A stretch of 25,980 bases of DNA from Armatimonadota bacterium (GCA_016235455.1 JACRKZ010000094.1:1-25980), one strand, 5' to 3'. Shown: positions 1-9,512, counted from the stretch's first letter. The notes: a model not told the origin generated them from the letters alone. Numbers and translations are program-made.

Positions 1-549
1 AGCTGGAGCGGCGGTGAGGCTGGCGCGGACGTGTTGTCGCGGCTGGTGCCGACGACCGCCGCCGGGCTGTATGCCGTGACGGCCAGCGCCGACAAGAGCA
101 TCACGCGGACCATCAAGGTGGCGGCGTGGACGGACGGGGAGGCGCCGACGGTGGAGCTGACCGGGGCGGTCGATGGTGACGCGGTCTTGTCGCCCACCAG
201 CATCGAGGTGGATCCCGGCATGGTTGTCGCGCTCGGGCTGAGGAACTGGTCCGACCTCGACGCCAACGAGTTCGCAGCCAGTGAACAGGACGAGTGGGAC
301 GTCGGCGCCACGGTCTGGACGGTCAAGGTGCGGCGCGTCGACCCGGATACCCAGGTGGTGACCTGGGTCGACCGGCCGGACCTGACCCGCACCGGCGCGA
401 CCTACAGCTTCAGGGTGCCGTGCGGCGGGACCTACGCCATTGCCGGCGCCGTGCCGGACCACGGGCTGCTGGCCAAGGACTCAGCGCCGGCGGCAGTGAC
501 GAGCACGGTGACGGTGCTTCACCCCTGCGGGACGAACTGCGGTCAGTAG
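1..549 (+). CDS. 5'-truncated hypothetical protein, beta-rich (Ig/PKD-like) C-terminal portion of a probably larger extracellular protein
   Basis: Frame is open from base 1 (SWSGGEAGADVLSRL...) to TAG at 547-549. Thr/Val-rich beta-strand pattern and GC-rich third positions. Confidence 0.7.
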   Translation, partial: SWSGGEAGADVLSRLVPTTAAGLYAVTASADKSITRTIKVAAWTDGEAPTVELTGAVDGDAVLSPTSIEVDPGMVVALGLRNWSDLDANEFAASEQDEWDVGATVWTVKVRRVDPDTQVVTWVDRPDLTRTGATYSFRVPCGGTYAIAGAVPDHGLLAKDSAPAAVTSTVTVLHPCGTNCGQ

Positions 550-591
550 CTGCCAGGCTCGCGGTGCAGACCCTGGTTGAGGAGGGAAGAG

Positions 592-1686
592 ATGTGCGAT
601 AGTTGGCCGATGCCTGACCTGTGTGGAGAGCGCCGCGTAGCGTGCTGGCTCATCGCCGTGCTGATAGCTGGCGCGGGGGCCGCGCGGGCGGACGATGCCG
701 TGACATGGGTGGCGCCGAGCACTACGAATGCCGACTACGTCGCCGCGATGGGCAGCGCCGTGTCGTTCGAGGTCCGTGCGCCCGAAGACATGGAGAACCC
801 GACTGTCGAATGGTCATTCGAGGACGATGGGACGAAGAAGACCGGGTCGAGTGTGAAGCACACGTTCGAGAAGGTGCGGCCCATGGGTTGGGCGGTTGGT
901 GTCACGATCACATGCAAGGCGAAGCCGCCGCTGAGCGACTTCAGGATCATCGACGTCATAGGCGGCTCCATTGAAGCTGACGGCTTCGTGCTCCACACGT
1001 ACCCCAATAGCACCACCGAGCCGTCTGCCCCGTACGCGTCCCGCCACTGCACACTACTTGAGGCGCAGCCTGCGGGCACTGCCTACGCGTGGACATGCTC
1101 ACCAGACATGATGCTCACCCAGATCGGAGCGGAGGCCATTGTCGGGGGGCGAGCGCCGTCGGCTGACAAGGTCAGCGGCTGGGTGCAGCTGACCCTTTCG
1201 TTGACGGGAACCACGAACACAGGCAGTTGGACCACGAGGCTCCCGGGTTGGTCGGTGCGCGCACCCAACGACTTCGTGTCGGTTAGCCCACATGTTGTGG
1301 ACTCCGCGCACCAGGGCGATGGTGCTGGCTTCCAGTCGTTGCAGTTCTACAGCCTGCATGATCAGCTCCAGGACGGCATGGAGGGTGTGCCCTTCTACGA
1401 GAGATTTGGCCAGGAGTCGCCCAGCACCACGTGGAAGCCATTTACACCTGGGCCCTTGAGGAACACCGCATCGCAGGGACGAGTAGCGGACCAAATCGAA
1501 GCCTGGGGGCAGTTGCAGCCGCCCTCGATGCCGCCCAGCCAACCGCTTGGGAATGTACTCGTCCGGACAGTGCCCCAGGTCTGGCGCGCTGGCGGAACGC
1601 AGTTTCCTGATGGCGTCGTCGTCGGCGACTTCATCATCTTCGAGTACCAGGACCACGCCCGTGTGCGGCCGATGACGATGGAGTGA
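592..1686 (+). CDS. Exported hypothetical protein with an N-terminal PKD-like domain and an unknown C-terminal domain
   Basis: GGAGG lies just upstream of ATG 592 (ORF track starts at TTG 577). Signal-like segment WLIAVLIAGAGAARA. PKD-like pattern VEWSFEDDGTKKTGSSVKHTF. Confidence 0.65.
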   Translation: MCDSWPMPDLCGERRVACWLIAVLIAGAGAARADDAVTWVAPSTTNADYVAAMGSAVSFEVRAPEDMENPTVEWSFEDDGTKKTGSSVKHTFEKVRPMGWAVGVTITCKAKPPLSDFRIIDVIGGSIEADGFVLHTYPNSTTEPSAPYASRHCTLLEAQPAGTAYAWTCSPDMMLTQIGAEAIVGGRAPSADKVSGWVQLTLSLTGTTNTGSWTTRLPGWSVRAPNDFVSVSPHVVDSAHQGDGAGFQSLQFYSLHDQLQDGMEGVPFYERFGQESPSTTWKPFTPGPLRNTASQGRVADQIEAWGQLQPPSMPPSQPLGNVLVRTVPQVWRAGGTQFPDGVVVGDFIIFEYQDHARVRPMTME

Positions 1687-2774
1687 CCGCAGATCGGGCG
1701 GTGCGCTCGCCAGTCACGATGCTCATGTCGGAGCGTCGCACGGGTTGGATTGCCATGATGATGAGGTCAGTGATGTTGCTGGCGGCCGTTTGCAGCGCCA
1801 CCGTCGCCACGGCCGGCGACGCGGGCCACGGGCAATCGTCGGGCAGATCGTATCTGCATGTGCCATCCTGGACGCGCGCGGCCGATCTGGTTGTGCTCGT
1901 CGTCGTTCGGTCCTGCGAGCGCCACGACGGGCAGTTGCGGGCCGCCGGGCGTGTAGCCGAGGTACTCAAAGGGAAGTGGAACGAGCCCGACATAGAGTTC
2001 GGCGTTGCTGTGGCCAGTCCCGTGGGCGTGACTGGTCTGGCCTTCCTCATGCAGGAGAATGGTGGCCTTGTGTCGCTCGACTCCTGCGGCGTGTTTGGAG
2101 CCGAGTCGCCACTACTCGTCGTGCAGCCTGCGCCGCTGGCGGGTTGGCCGACAACAGGCCTGGCGAGGGCTAGACAATTGCTGATGGCCACCGCAGAGGG
2201 TGGCGCCAGCGCGGCGCAGCGCGCCGCTGTGGACCAACTGGGCTACCTGGCAGTCAACAGCAGCACGACCGCGTTGTTGGAGCGTCTGTCCCGAGGCGGC
2301 GACGTCGCCCTGCGCGGCGTCTCCGTCGCGGCACTGCTGCGCCTCGGAGCCCCAGGCGCGATCTCGCGGGCTGCTGACTTCATCGCCGCCAGCCGAGGCG
2401 ACAGCGTCGGCCTGTCGCAGTGGGCCAATGTCCTGGGTGAGTTGGGGGCCATGGCTGCCCCTGCGGACACGGAAGGCCTAATCCGGCTGGCCAACGAACA
2501 GGAACCGATGGCGCGTGAGGCCGCCGCCCAAGCTTTGGGCCAGACCCTTGACCCGCAGGCCATTCCAGTCCTGATCCGGCTGCTGGAGGATCAGTCTCAG
2601 GCAGTACGCGCCAAGGTGATTGAGGCTCTGTCGGTGATCACCGCCAAGCCAGGCCGTGGCATCCGCATAGACTACGCCGCGAAAGAGGGCGAGTACCTGG
2701 ACTACTGGCGCCAGTGGTGGCGAACCGAGGGGCAACTGGCCTTCGCCGCCCCCGCGGCCGAGGGCCGGCCATGA
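1683..2774 (+). CDS. Exported HEAT/PBS-lyase repeat protein
   Basis: GTGA overlap with the upstream stop; the true start may be a downstream Met. Hydrophobic signal (MLLAAVCSATVATA). HEAT-like repeats AREAAAQALGQ...AIPVLIRLLEDQSQAVRAKVIEALS, then YWRQWW. Confidence 0.7.
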   Translation: MTADRAVRSPVTMLMSERRTGWIAMMMRSVMLLAAVCSATVATAGDAGHGQSSGRSYLHVPSWTRAADLVVLVVVRSCERHDGQLRAAGRVAEVLKGKWNEPDIEFGVAVASPVGVTGLAFLMQENGGLVSLDSCGVFGAESPLLVVQPAPLAGWPTTGLARARQLLMATAEGGASAAQRAAVDQLGYLAVNSSTTALLERLSRGGDVALRGVSVAALLRLGAPGAISRAADFIAASRGDSVGLSQWANVLGELGAMAAPADTEGLIRLANEQEPMAREAAAQALGQTLDPQAIPVLIRLLEDQSQAVRAKVIEALSVITAKPGRGIRIDYAAKEGEYLDYWRQWWRTEGQLAFAAPAAEGRP

Positions 2775-4126
2775 GAGGGCGCTCACGGCAGTCCGCGCTT
2801 TGGACGCTACTGATCGCCATCCAGGTAGCCGCTGGGCAGGAAGCTGGTGTCGGACGCCTGGTCGACGCCGTGGCCGACCTCAGCCGGCGGACCGGCGCGT
2901 TGGTGGCGGCGCCTTGTGACGGCGTGGAGGAACGAGGCGTGATTGCTGCCGACGCTGCCACGCCCGAGTTGGTGGCCAGCCTGGAGAAGGCGTGCGGCGG
3001 ACGGGCGCTGCCGCTGGGCGAGGGCCTGGTGGTGGCGCGTCCGTCGCAGGGCGATCCGACGTTGGCCGCCGCGCGGCGCGAAGGCGACGTTGCCTGGGCC
3101 GACGCCGGACAGGCTGCCGTCGACCTGCTCTGGAGCATGGGGCCGGAGCATCTGGCACGGCTGCGCGAAGCCGGAGAGCTGCCGCTGACGGCGCTGACAC
3201 CCGGTCAGCGCGAGCGGCTGTGGGCGTTCGGGGCGATGCTGCGGCGTGGGCCGGTCCTCGGCCGCGTGCCGCTGCACGCGCCGGAGAAGCTGCTCGCACT
3301 GCCCCCGGACCGGCTCTACTGCGTGGCCGGGCTGGGCCTGAGCATTGAGATCGCCGTGCCGGGCGCGCCGGACATCCAACAGTGGGCCTTCCGCGGCCGG
3401 GTCGCCGATTCACTACGCGAACACGCCACCACGCTCGACAGCGACGAGGAGCGACCACCTCTAGCCGCCGCCGAGGTGCCGGTGGCGCCCGTCTCGCCGG
3501 GTCTGCCCCGGCCGCTGCCGAAGGGAGACGAGCCCGTGCCGTGGCCCGTGCGTCAGCCGGCTGTCTACACGGCGGGCGAAGTGTGTGCCGCCGTGAGTGC
3601 GGCCACCGGCGCGCTGGTGCGCGTGGCGCCGCCGACGAGCGCGCTGCGGCTCACGCTGGCCGCGCCGGGCGGGCGAGCGCCCGCGAAGGACCTGCTGATC
3701 GCCGTGGCCGCCACCTGCGGGCAATCGTGGCGCGTCGTGGACGATGTGTTCTACCTGCCCGGCGTCGATCCGGCCACCTATGTCGAGCCGACCGCCATGC
3801 TGGCTGCGTCGGACAAGGAGCATGCCCGTGTGCTCGCCGGGCTGGCCATCTGGGTGGACCGACTGTGGAGCGAGGATCTGCCGGCGCCGCCCGCCTGGTC
3901 GCTCGGCACTGGCGGAACGCGGCGGTGGACCGAGCTGCCGTCGGCCTGGCAGAACGAAGTGCGCCGAGCGCTCTACCGTAGTGCAGGTGACGTGGCTCGC
4001 CAGGAGGCGGTACGCGATCTCCTGTGGCGGCCGCACGGGCTGGACCAGGCCCAGGTGACGATGCACCTGGGCATCGTGGCCGGCGTGGCGACGGCCCGCG
4101 ACTGGTGGGGCATCTCGATCTTCTAG
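2771..4126 (+). CDS. Exported hypothetical protein with possible STN/secretin-N0-like segments
   Basis: ATG 2771 overlaps the upstream TGA (ATGA). Signal-like WTLLIAIQVAAG. Segments AVADLSRRTG, AAVSAATGALVRV and LIAVAATCGQSWRVVDDVFYL resemble STN-type modules. Domain call is tentative. Confidence 0.55.
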   Translation: MRGRSRQSALWTLLIAIQVAAGQEAGVGRLVDAVADLSRRTGALVAAPCDGVEERGVIAADAATPELVASLEKACGGRALPLGEGLVVARPSQGDPTLAAARREGDVAWADAGQAAVDLLWSMGPEHLARLREAGELPLTALTPGQRERLWAFGAMLRRGPVLGRVPLHAPEKLLALPPDRLYCVAGLGLSIEIAVPGAPDIQQWAFRGRVADSLREHATTLDSDEERPPLAAAEVPVAPVSPGLPRPLPKGDEPVPWPVRQPAVYTAGEVCAAVSAATGALVRVAPPTSALRLTLAAPGGRAPAKDLLIAVAATCGQSWRVVDDVFYLPGVDPATYVEPTAMLAASDKEHARVLAGLAIWVDRLWSEDLPAPPAWSLGTGGTRRWTELPSAWQNEVRRALYRSAGDVARQEAVRDLLWRPHGLDQAQVTMHLGIVAGVATARDWWGISIF

Positions 4127-4132
4127 CCGCGA

Positions 4133-5305
4133 ATGCGAGGACGTTTGATGAGCAAGTGCCGATACAGCCACCTGGCGCCAGTAGCCTGCCTGGCCCTGCT
4201 CTTGGCCGCCGCGAGCCAGGCGGCGGATCTGTTCGTCGACGCATGGCGCGCGCCGGGCTTGGCCGACCAGCTCATCAGCCATCCCGAGCAGCTCAAGCGC
4301 TTTGCGCGGGTCCATGTCACGGCTTTCTCCAACGGCACGCTGCTGGGTCCGACCGGCAGCGAGCCGTTCGCCTGCCAGCCGGCGCCCGCGGGCGACGTCG
4401 TCACGCGGCTGACCCGCGCCTGCCGCGCGGCGGGCGTGCAGGTGTGCTGGTACCTGGACCTGCTGCGCTGGGAACGCGCCGGCCTGCCCAGCCCAGGGCT
4501 GCGCGAGCCGCTGGCCGAGGTGTGGGAACGCAACCTGGCTGGGCAGCCCGGCGGGAAGGACGAGACGGCGCTCTACGCCAGCCCCTGGCACCCGCGCACA
4601 CGGGAGATCCTGGGCCGGCTGCTGCGTACCCTGGCCGCCTGGGAGCCGCAGCCCGACGGCCTGACCGTCTCCTGCCGGCTGACGCGCGGTGAGTTGCTGG
4701 GCTACAGCGACAAGGCGCGCCGAGCCACCATCCTCGCCCTCGGTGTCGATCCGGTGGACCCCATGGAGCGGCCGGTCATGGTCAAGTGGTACCACCAACG
4801 CGAGGACGACCTGACCGAGCTGGTGACCGAGCTGGCCCAGGCCTACCACGCCCTGCGGCCGAACGTGCCCTTCCACGGCCTGTGCACCGGCGTCTATGCC
4901 AACTCCAGCCCCGGGCTGCGGCTCTATCCCGCCGACTGCGGGTTCCGCTGGGCCCAACGCCGGGTCATCGACTCGCTGCTGCTCGATGGCGCCTGGTGGG
5001 AGGGATCACTGGCCGCCGACGGCTTCCACGCCCATCAGCTATGGTCCAAGAGCGAGGCCGAGACCAAGCCCGAACTGGCCTGCGGCGACCGCGTGTATGC
5101 CGCTATCGGCACCCGCGACAACAACGGCAAGCTCCGCCTGACTGAGCAGATGGAGGCGCTGACCGCCCAACACTGCGGACTCGACCGCACCTGCTTCCAG
5201 CCCTCGCGCGACGGTGACCTGGCGCTGGTGCTGGCCGCAATGGACGAGGCGGCCGCGGCACCAGCCAGCCCGGCTGGTGCCGGTGCGCCGAAGGCCAAGC
5301 CATGA
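4133..5305 (+). CDS. Exported glycoside hydrolase-like (GHL10/DUF187-like) TIM-barrel protein
   Basis: Signal peptide (VACLALLLAAASQA). Motifs ACRAAGVQVCWY, YASPWHPRTREILGRLL and W..QREDDLTELVTEL follow the GHL10 pattern. Start may be ATG 4148. Confidence 0.55.
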   Translation: MRGRLMSKCRYSHLAPVACLALLLAAASQAADLFVDAWRAPGLADQLISHPEQLKRFARVHVTAFSNGTLLGPTGSEPFACQPAPAGDVVTRLTRACRAAGVQVCWYLDLLRWERAGLPSPGLREPLAEVWERNLAGQPGGKDETALYASPWHPRTREILGRLLRTLAAWEPQPDGLTVSCRLTRGELLGYSDKARRATILALGVDPVDPMERPVMVKWYHQREDDLTELVTELAQAYHALRPNVPFHGLCTGVYANSSPGLRLYPADCGFRWAQRRVIDSLLLDGAWWEGSLAADGFHAHQLWSKSEAETKPELACGDRVYAAIGTRDNNGKLRLTEQMEALTAQHCGLDRTCFQPSRDGDLALVLAAMDEAAAAPASPAGAGAPKAKP

Positions 5306-6543
5306 CCCGCCGCTACCTCCTGACCACCGCCCTGCTCGGCGCCTTGCTGGCGCTGCCGGCCCAGGACACCCCGCCGCCGCCGCTGCACCTGGCGGTCATC
5401 GGCTTGACGCTGGACTACCTGGAGCCGTGTGACTGCGGTGGGCAGAACGCCGGCGGGTTGGCCCGACGCGCGGCGCTGATCGCCGAGCTGCGGCGCGAAT
5501 GGCCCGATCTGGTGCTGGTCGACGCGGGCGACCTGGGCCAGGACGACCAGCGCCTGGCGGTGACCACCCGCGCCTTGGCCGCCGTCGGCGTCGATGGCAT
5601 CGCGCTGGGCAGCGTCGACCTGGACCGCTGGGCGACGCTCGCGCCGCTGCTGCGCGAACGCGGGCTGGCGGCGAGCAGTGTCACGCCACTGGTGCCGGGC
5701 CTCACTACGGAGCCCGCGCCGCCGGCGAGCCAGATCGTCGCCGCGGTGGGCGGGCCGCGGCTGGGCGTGGTTTCCGTGGCCGAAGGGCTGCTGAGCGGCG
5801 CGCGCCTGGCCGCGGCGACCCAAGCCGAGTTGCTCGCGCTACGCGGGCAAGGCGCGGCCTATCGGCTGCTGGTGGCGCATCTGCCGCGCGCCACCGCCGA
5901 GCGGCTGGTCGACGCGCTGTCGCCCGAGGCGCGGCCCGATGTGGTGGTCCTGGCCACCGACAATGACCAGCCGGCGCTGGCCAGACGGCGCGAGGGCGTG
6001 ACCTGGGTGCTGCTGGCGCACAAGGGCCGGTCGCTGGCGACGATGACCCTGGCGCCCGGCGCCGAACCCGTGGTGCGGCACACGCTGGTCGCCACGGGCG
6101 AGCGTGAGGCGCTCGTACAGGGCTGGGTGGACAGCTACTTCGCCGCGCTGCGGGCCGGCCAGGCGCCGCCGCCGGCCGGCGCGGCCAGCTTCCCGCGCCC
6201 CGAGGCCTGCGCCAAATGCCACGGCGCGGTGGTCGCCGCCTGGCAACAGCACCCGCACGCACGCGCGGTGGCGACGCTGGAGGAGCGCAAGCGCGATGTG
6301 GCGGCCTGCCTGCGCTGTCACGATGAGCGGCTGCGGCGCGACGGCGTGCGCTCGGCGGCCGGCCCGCGCGGGGTGGAGTGCGCGAGCTGTCATGACAAGC
6401 TGGCCGAGCATGTGGCGCGGCCCGAGAGCAGGCCGGGGCGGCTGGCCTGCGACCGCTGCCACACCGCCGAGCACAGCCCGCGGTGGCAGGCGGAGACCTA
6501 TGGCCGGTCGGTGGCCGAGGTGTGTCGCGCCAAGGCGCCGTGA
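5302..6543 (+). CDS. UshA/5'-nucleotidase-like N-terminal domain fused to a c554-like multiheme cytochrome c (4 CxxCH)
   Basis: ATGA overlap with upstream gene. LEPCDC...GGLARRA and LVDAGD in the N-domain. Heme motifs CAKCH, CLRCH, CASCH, CDRCH (6208-6462), with W...PHARA after the first. Confidence 0.8.
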   Translation: MTRRYLLTTALLGALLALPAQDTPPPPLHLAVIGLTLDYLEPCDCGGQNAGGLARRAALIAELRREWPDLVLVDAGDLGQDDQRLAVTTRALAAVGVDGIALGSVDLDRWATLAPLLRERGLAASSVTPLVPGLTTEPAPPASQIVAAVGGPRLGVVSVAEGLLSGARLAAATQAELLALRGQGAAYRLLVAHLPRATAERLVDALSPEARPDVVVLATDNDQPALARRREGVTWVLLAHKGRSLATMTLAPGAEPVVRHTLVATGEREALVQGWVDSYFAALRAGQAPPPAGAASFPRPEACAKCHGAVVAAWQQHPHARAVATLEERKRDVAACLRCHDERLRRDGVRSAAGPRGVECASCHDKLAEHVARPESRPGRLACDRCHTAEHSPRWQAETYGRSVAEVCRAKAP

Positions 6544-6550
6544 GTAGCTC

Positions 6551-6580
6551 TTGACACCGGCCGCGCCAGCCTGTACCAAT
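6551..6580 (+). promoter_or_regulatory. Possible sigma70 promoter for the URO-D-like/murJ unit
   Basis: Perfect TTGACA at 6551-6556, then TACCAA(T) after a 17-nt spacer (imperfect -10). AGGAG RBS at 6631-6635. Confidence 0.4.
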
Positions 6581-6644
6581 GCGCTCGGCAGCCGTAGGCT
6601 GCCCCAACGGCCGCAGGCCGCCGCAGTAGTAGGAGCACCGCCTC

Positions 6645-7724
6645 ATGTCCCAGGCTACCTTGTCGCTCAAGCCCGATCTGGCCGACGCCACCGCGCACTG
6701 GCTGGCCTTCTGGGAGCACCAGATCATCGACCGGCCCGCGTGCAGCATCCGCGCGCCCAAGGCCGGCGCCACGGCCGTCGGTGGGCCGCCCTATCTGGCC
6801 GGCGCCGTGGGCGATTGGCAGCCGGTCGTCGCGCAGGCGTTGGCCTCGCTGGAGGGCACCTACTGGGCTGGCGAGGCGATTCCCGCCTATGTGCCGAGCT
6901 TCGGGCCGGACCAGATGGCCGCGTTCCTGGGCGGTGAACTGATCGTCCCCGCCGACGACAGCCACTACGGCACCGACTGGGTGCTGCCCAATGTCGAGAG
7001 CTGGGATGACTCGCTGCCCTTCGTGCTCGACCCGGACAACGTCTGGTGGCAGCGCATGCTCGCCTTCTACCGCGACCTGGCCGCCGCCTTCGAGGGTAAA
7101 GCCGTGCTGGCGCACCTTGACCTGCACTCGAACATGGACACGCTGCTGGCGCTGCGTGGCGGCGAGAAGCTGTGCCTCGACCTGGCGCTCGAGCCCGAGG
7201 CCATCGACCGCGCCATGGCCAGCGTGCGCTCGCTCTATGCGCCGATCTACGACGGCGTCTATGAGGCCGGGCAGATGGCGCGCTGTGGCACCGTGGGCTG
7301 GGTGCCGGCGTATCATCCGGTGCGCACGAACACCATCCAGTGCGATTTCGCCGCGCTCATCGGCCCCCGGCAGTTCGACAAGTGGGTGGCGCCGGCCCTG
7401 GCCGAGGAGGCCGCGCACCTGGGCCACTGCGTCTACCACCTGGACGGGCCGGAGTGCATCGTGCACCTCGAGACGCTCTGCGCCATCGAGGGGCTCGACT
7501 GCATCCAGTGGGTGCACGGCGCGCGCAACGCGGGCTTCCGCGAGTGGATGGATCTGCTCCGGCGCATCCAGAGCCTGGGAGTCGCTGTGTGGGTCCCTTG
7601 TGGCGTGGACGAGATACCGTACTATCATGGGGAGCTCGATCCGACGCTGGTCTGGTATGACGCCTGGGCCGGTTCGGAGCAGCAGGCCGATGAGACGCTC
7701 GAATGGCTGAAGAAGAACACCTAG
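6645..7724 (+). CDS. Uroporphyrinogen decarboxylase / MtaA-CmuA (corrinoid methyltransferase-like) family protein
   Basis: AGGAG RBS. Motifs W.HQIIDRP, FGPD.MAAFLG, DTLLALRG, IQCDFAALIGP, YHLDGP and IQWVHG are typical of this TIM-barrel family. Confidence 0.75.
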   Translation: MSQATLSLKPDLADATAHWLAFWEHQIIDRPACSIRAPKAGATAVGGPPYLAGAVGDWQPVVAQALASLEGTYWAGEAIPAYVPSFGPDQMAAFLGGELIVPADDSHYGTDWVLPNVESWDDSLPFVLDPDNVWWQRMLAFYRDLAAAFEGKAVLAHLDLHSNMDTLLALRGGEKLCLDLALEPEAIDRAMASVRSLYAPIYDGVYEAGQMARCGTVGWVPAYHPVRTNTIQCDFAALIGPRQFDKWVAPALAEEAAHLGHCVYHLDGPECIVHLETLCAIEGLDCIQWVHGARNAGFREWMDLLRRIQSLGVAVWVPCGVDEIPYYHGELDPTLVWYDAWAGSEQQADETLEWLKKNT

Positions 7725-9376
7725 ACGCGCCTGACAGTATCGTCGCGGCGGCCGAGAGCGGCCCCGCCGCCACGGCCGGCGGCGCGGCGCTGCGCTCGGC
7801 CACGCGCGGGGCGGTAATCAGCGCGGCGCTGATCCTGCTCAGCCGGGTCACCGGCTTGGGCCGGGACATGGTCATCACCGCGGTGTTCGGCCAGGACATC
7901 TACACCGACTGCTTCAAGGCGGCGTTGCAGGTGCCCGACCTGCTGTTCTTCCTCATTGCTGGCGGGGTTCTGTCCAGTTCGTTCATGCCCACCTACGCCG
8001 AGTACCGGCGTGAGCATGGCGAGGAGGCGGCCTGGGAGCTGTGCAGCGTGGTGCTCACGCTGTGGACGGTGTTCGCCCTGGTGCTGGTCACCGTGGGCGA
8101 GGTGTTCGCCGTGCCGCTGGTGCGGACGTTGGCCACGCCGGGCCCCAAATGGACGCCGGAGCAAATCGCCTTCGTCGTCAACATGACGCGCATCGTGTTG
8201 CCCGCGCAGATCGCCTTCTTCACCGGCGGCGTGCTGATGGGCATCCAGTGGGTGCATCGCGACTTTGTCATCCCCGGCATCGGCCCGACCGTCTACAACG
8301 TGTGCATCATGGCCGGCGGCGCGATAGGCGGGCTGAGTCTGGGTTCGCGCGGCGTCATCGGCCTGGTCTGGGGCGGCCTGTGCGGCGCCTTCCTGGGCAA
8401 TCTGGCGCTGCAGTTCTATGGTGTGATGCGCTATCGGCCGCGGCTCCGGTTCTCGCTCAACTGGCGGCATCCCGGTGCGCAGCGCGTGTTCGTGCTGATG
8501 CTGCCGGTCATCTTCAGCCTGTCCATGCCCCAGGTCGACGTGCAGATCAACAAGTGGTTCGCCGCGGCCTGGCTGCCGGCCGGCGCGCTCAGCGCGCTGG
8601 ACACCGCCTACCGGCTGATGCTGCTGCCCGTGGGCGTGCTGGGCCAGGGCGTGGCCACGAGCTTCTACGCCACCATGACCAACCTGGTGGCCGAGCAGCG
8701 CATGGACGACTACCGCGCCACGGTGGTCCATGGCTTGCGCCAGCTGGCCGTCGTCGCGCTGCCGGTCACCGCGCTGCTGCTTGTGCTGCGCGTGCCAGTG
8801 GTGGCGGTGCTGTTCGAGCGCGGCCGGTTCACACGCGGCGACACGCTGCTGGTGGCTGGCGCGATGGCGCTCTACGGGCTGGGCATCTACTTCTGGTGCG
8901 CCGAGCAGTTGCTGGGCCGCGCCTTCTACTCACTCTCCGATACCAGAACGCCGCCCTGGTGCGGCACGGTGGTGACGGTCATCTTCATCGGCCTCGACTG
9001 GCTGCTGATGCGCGTGTTCATCACGCATTGGGGTCCGGGCTCGGGCTACCTGGGTCTGGCGCTGGCCACGACCATCGCCGCCGGCCTGTACGCGGTGGCG
9101 CTGCTGGTGCTGCTGCGGCGCAAAGTGGGGCCGCTGGGTCTGCGCTCGCTGTTCGTGTCGATGGTCAAGGCGCTGGCGGCGTCGGCGGCACTGGCCGCGG
9201 TGGCTTGGGCCATGCTGCGCGTGCTAGCCTCGGCGGGCACTGACGGCCCGCTGATCAGCCTGATCGTCGCTGGTGGCGCGGGTGTCTTGGCCTATGCGGG
9301 CGCGGCGCGGACGCTGGGGCTGGAAGAAGCCACGGCCATGGCCGACCGTCTGCTGGGTCGTCTCCGCCGCGGCTGA
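7703..9376 (+). CDS. murJ: Lipid II flippase MurJ (MviN)
   Basis: SRVTGLGRD..I...FG, A.QVPDLLF, AGG.LSSSFMP, RLM.LPVGV, LFERGRF and RAFYSL.DTRTP, with many TM segments. Start overlaps the upstream gene by 22 nt and is uncertain. Confidence 0.92.
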   Translation: MAEEEHLDAPDSIVAAAESGPAATAGGAALRSATRGAVISAALILLSRVTGLGRDMVITAVFGQDIYTDCFKAALQVPDLLFFLIAGGVLSSSFMPTYAEYRREHGEEAAWELCSVVLTLWTVFALVLVTVGEVFAVPLVRTLATPGPKWTPEQIAFVVNMTRIVLPAQIAFFTGGVLMGIQWVHRDFVIPGIGPTVYNVCIMAGGAIGGLSLGSRGVIGLVWGGLCGAFLGNLALQFYGVMRYRPRLRFSLNWRHPGAQRVFVLMLPVIFSLSMPQVDVQINKWFAAAWLPAGALSALDTAYRLMLLPVGVLGQGVATSFYATMTNLVAEQRMDDYRATVVHGLRQLAVVALPVTALLLVLRVPVVAVLFERGRFTRGDTLLVAGAMALYGLGIYFWCAEQLLGRAFYSLSDTRTPPWCGTVVTVIFIGLDWLLMRVFITHWGPGSGYLGLALATTIAAGLYAVALLVLLRRKVGPLGLRSLFVSMVKALAASAALAAVAWAMLRVLASAGTDGPLISLIVAGGAGVLAYAGAARTLGLEEATAMADRLLGRLRRG

Positions 9377-9483
9377 TGCCCGGGCGGCGAGGCTGATACC
9401 CAGCCTGGTCGATTGACCGCGCAATGCGAACAAATGGGTTCAAGAAGCGTCTCGGTGAGACCAAATGAAGGTTCGGTTAGGCA

Positions 9484-9512
9484 TTGACCACGCCTAGGGG
9501 CAGTGCTATGCT
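9484..9512 (+). promoter_or_regulatory. Sigma70-type promoter with extended -10
   Basis: TTGACC (9484-9489), 17-nt spacer, TGc-TATGCT (9507-9512), within a locally AT-rich intergenic region. Confidence 0.7.

Noticed and set aside
6541-6543. Selenocysteine read-through of the cytochrome TGA
   Set aside because: The TGA follows the last heme domain, not the CxC motif, and no meaningful continuation is evident.
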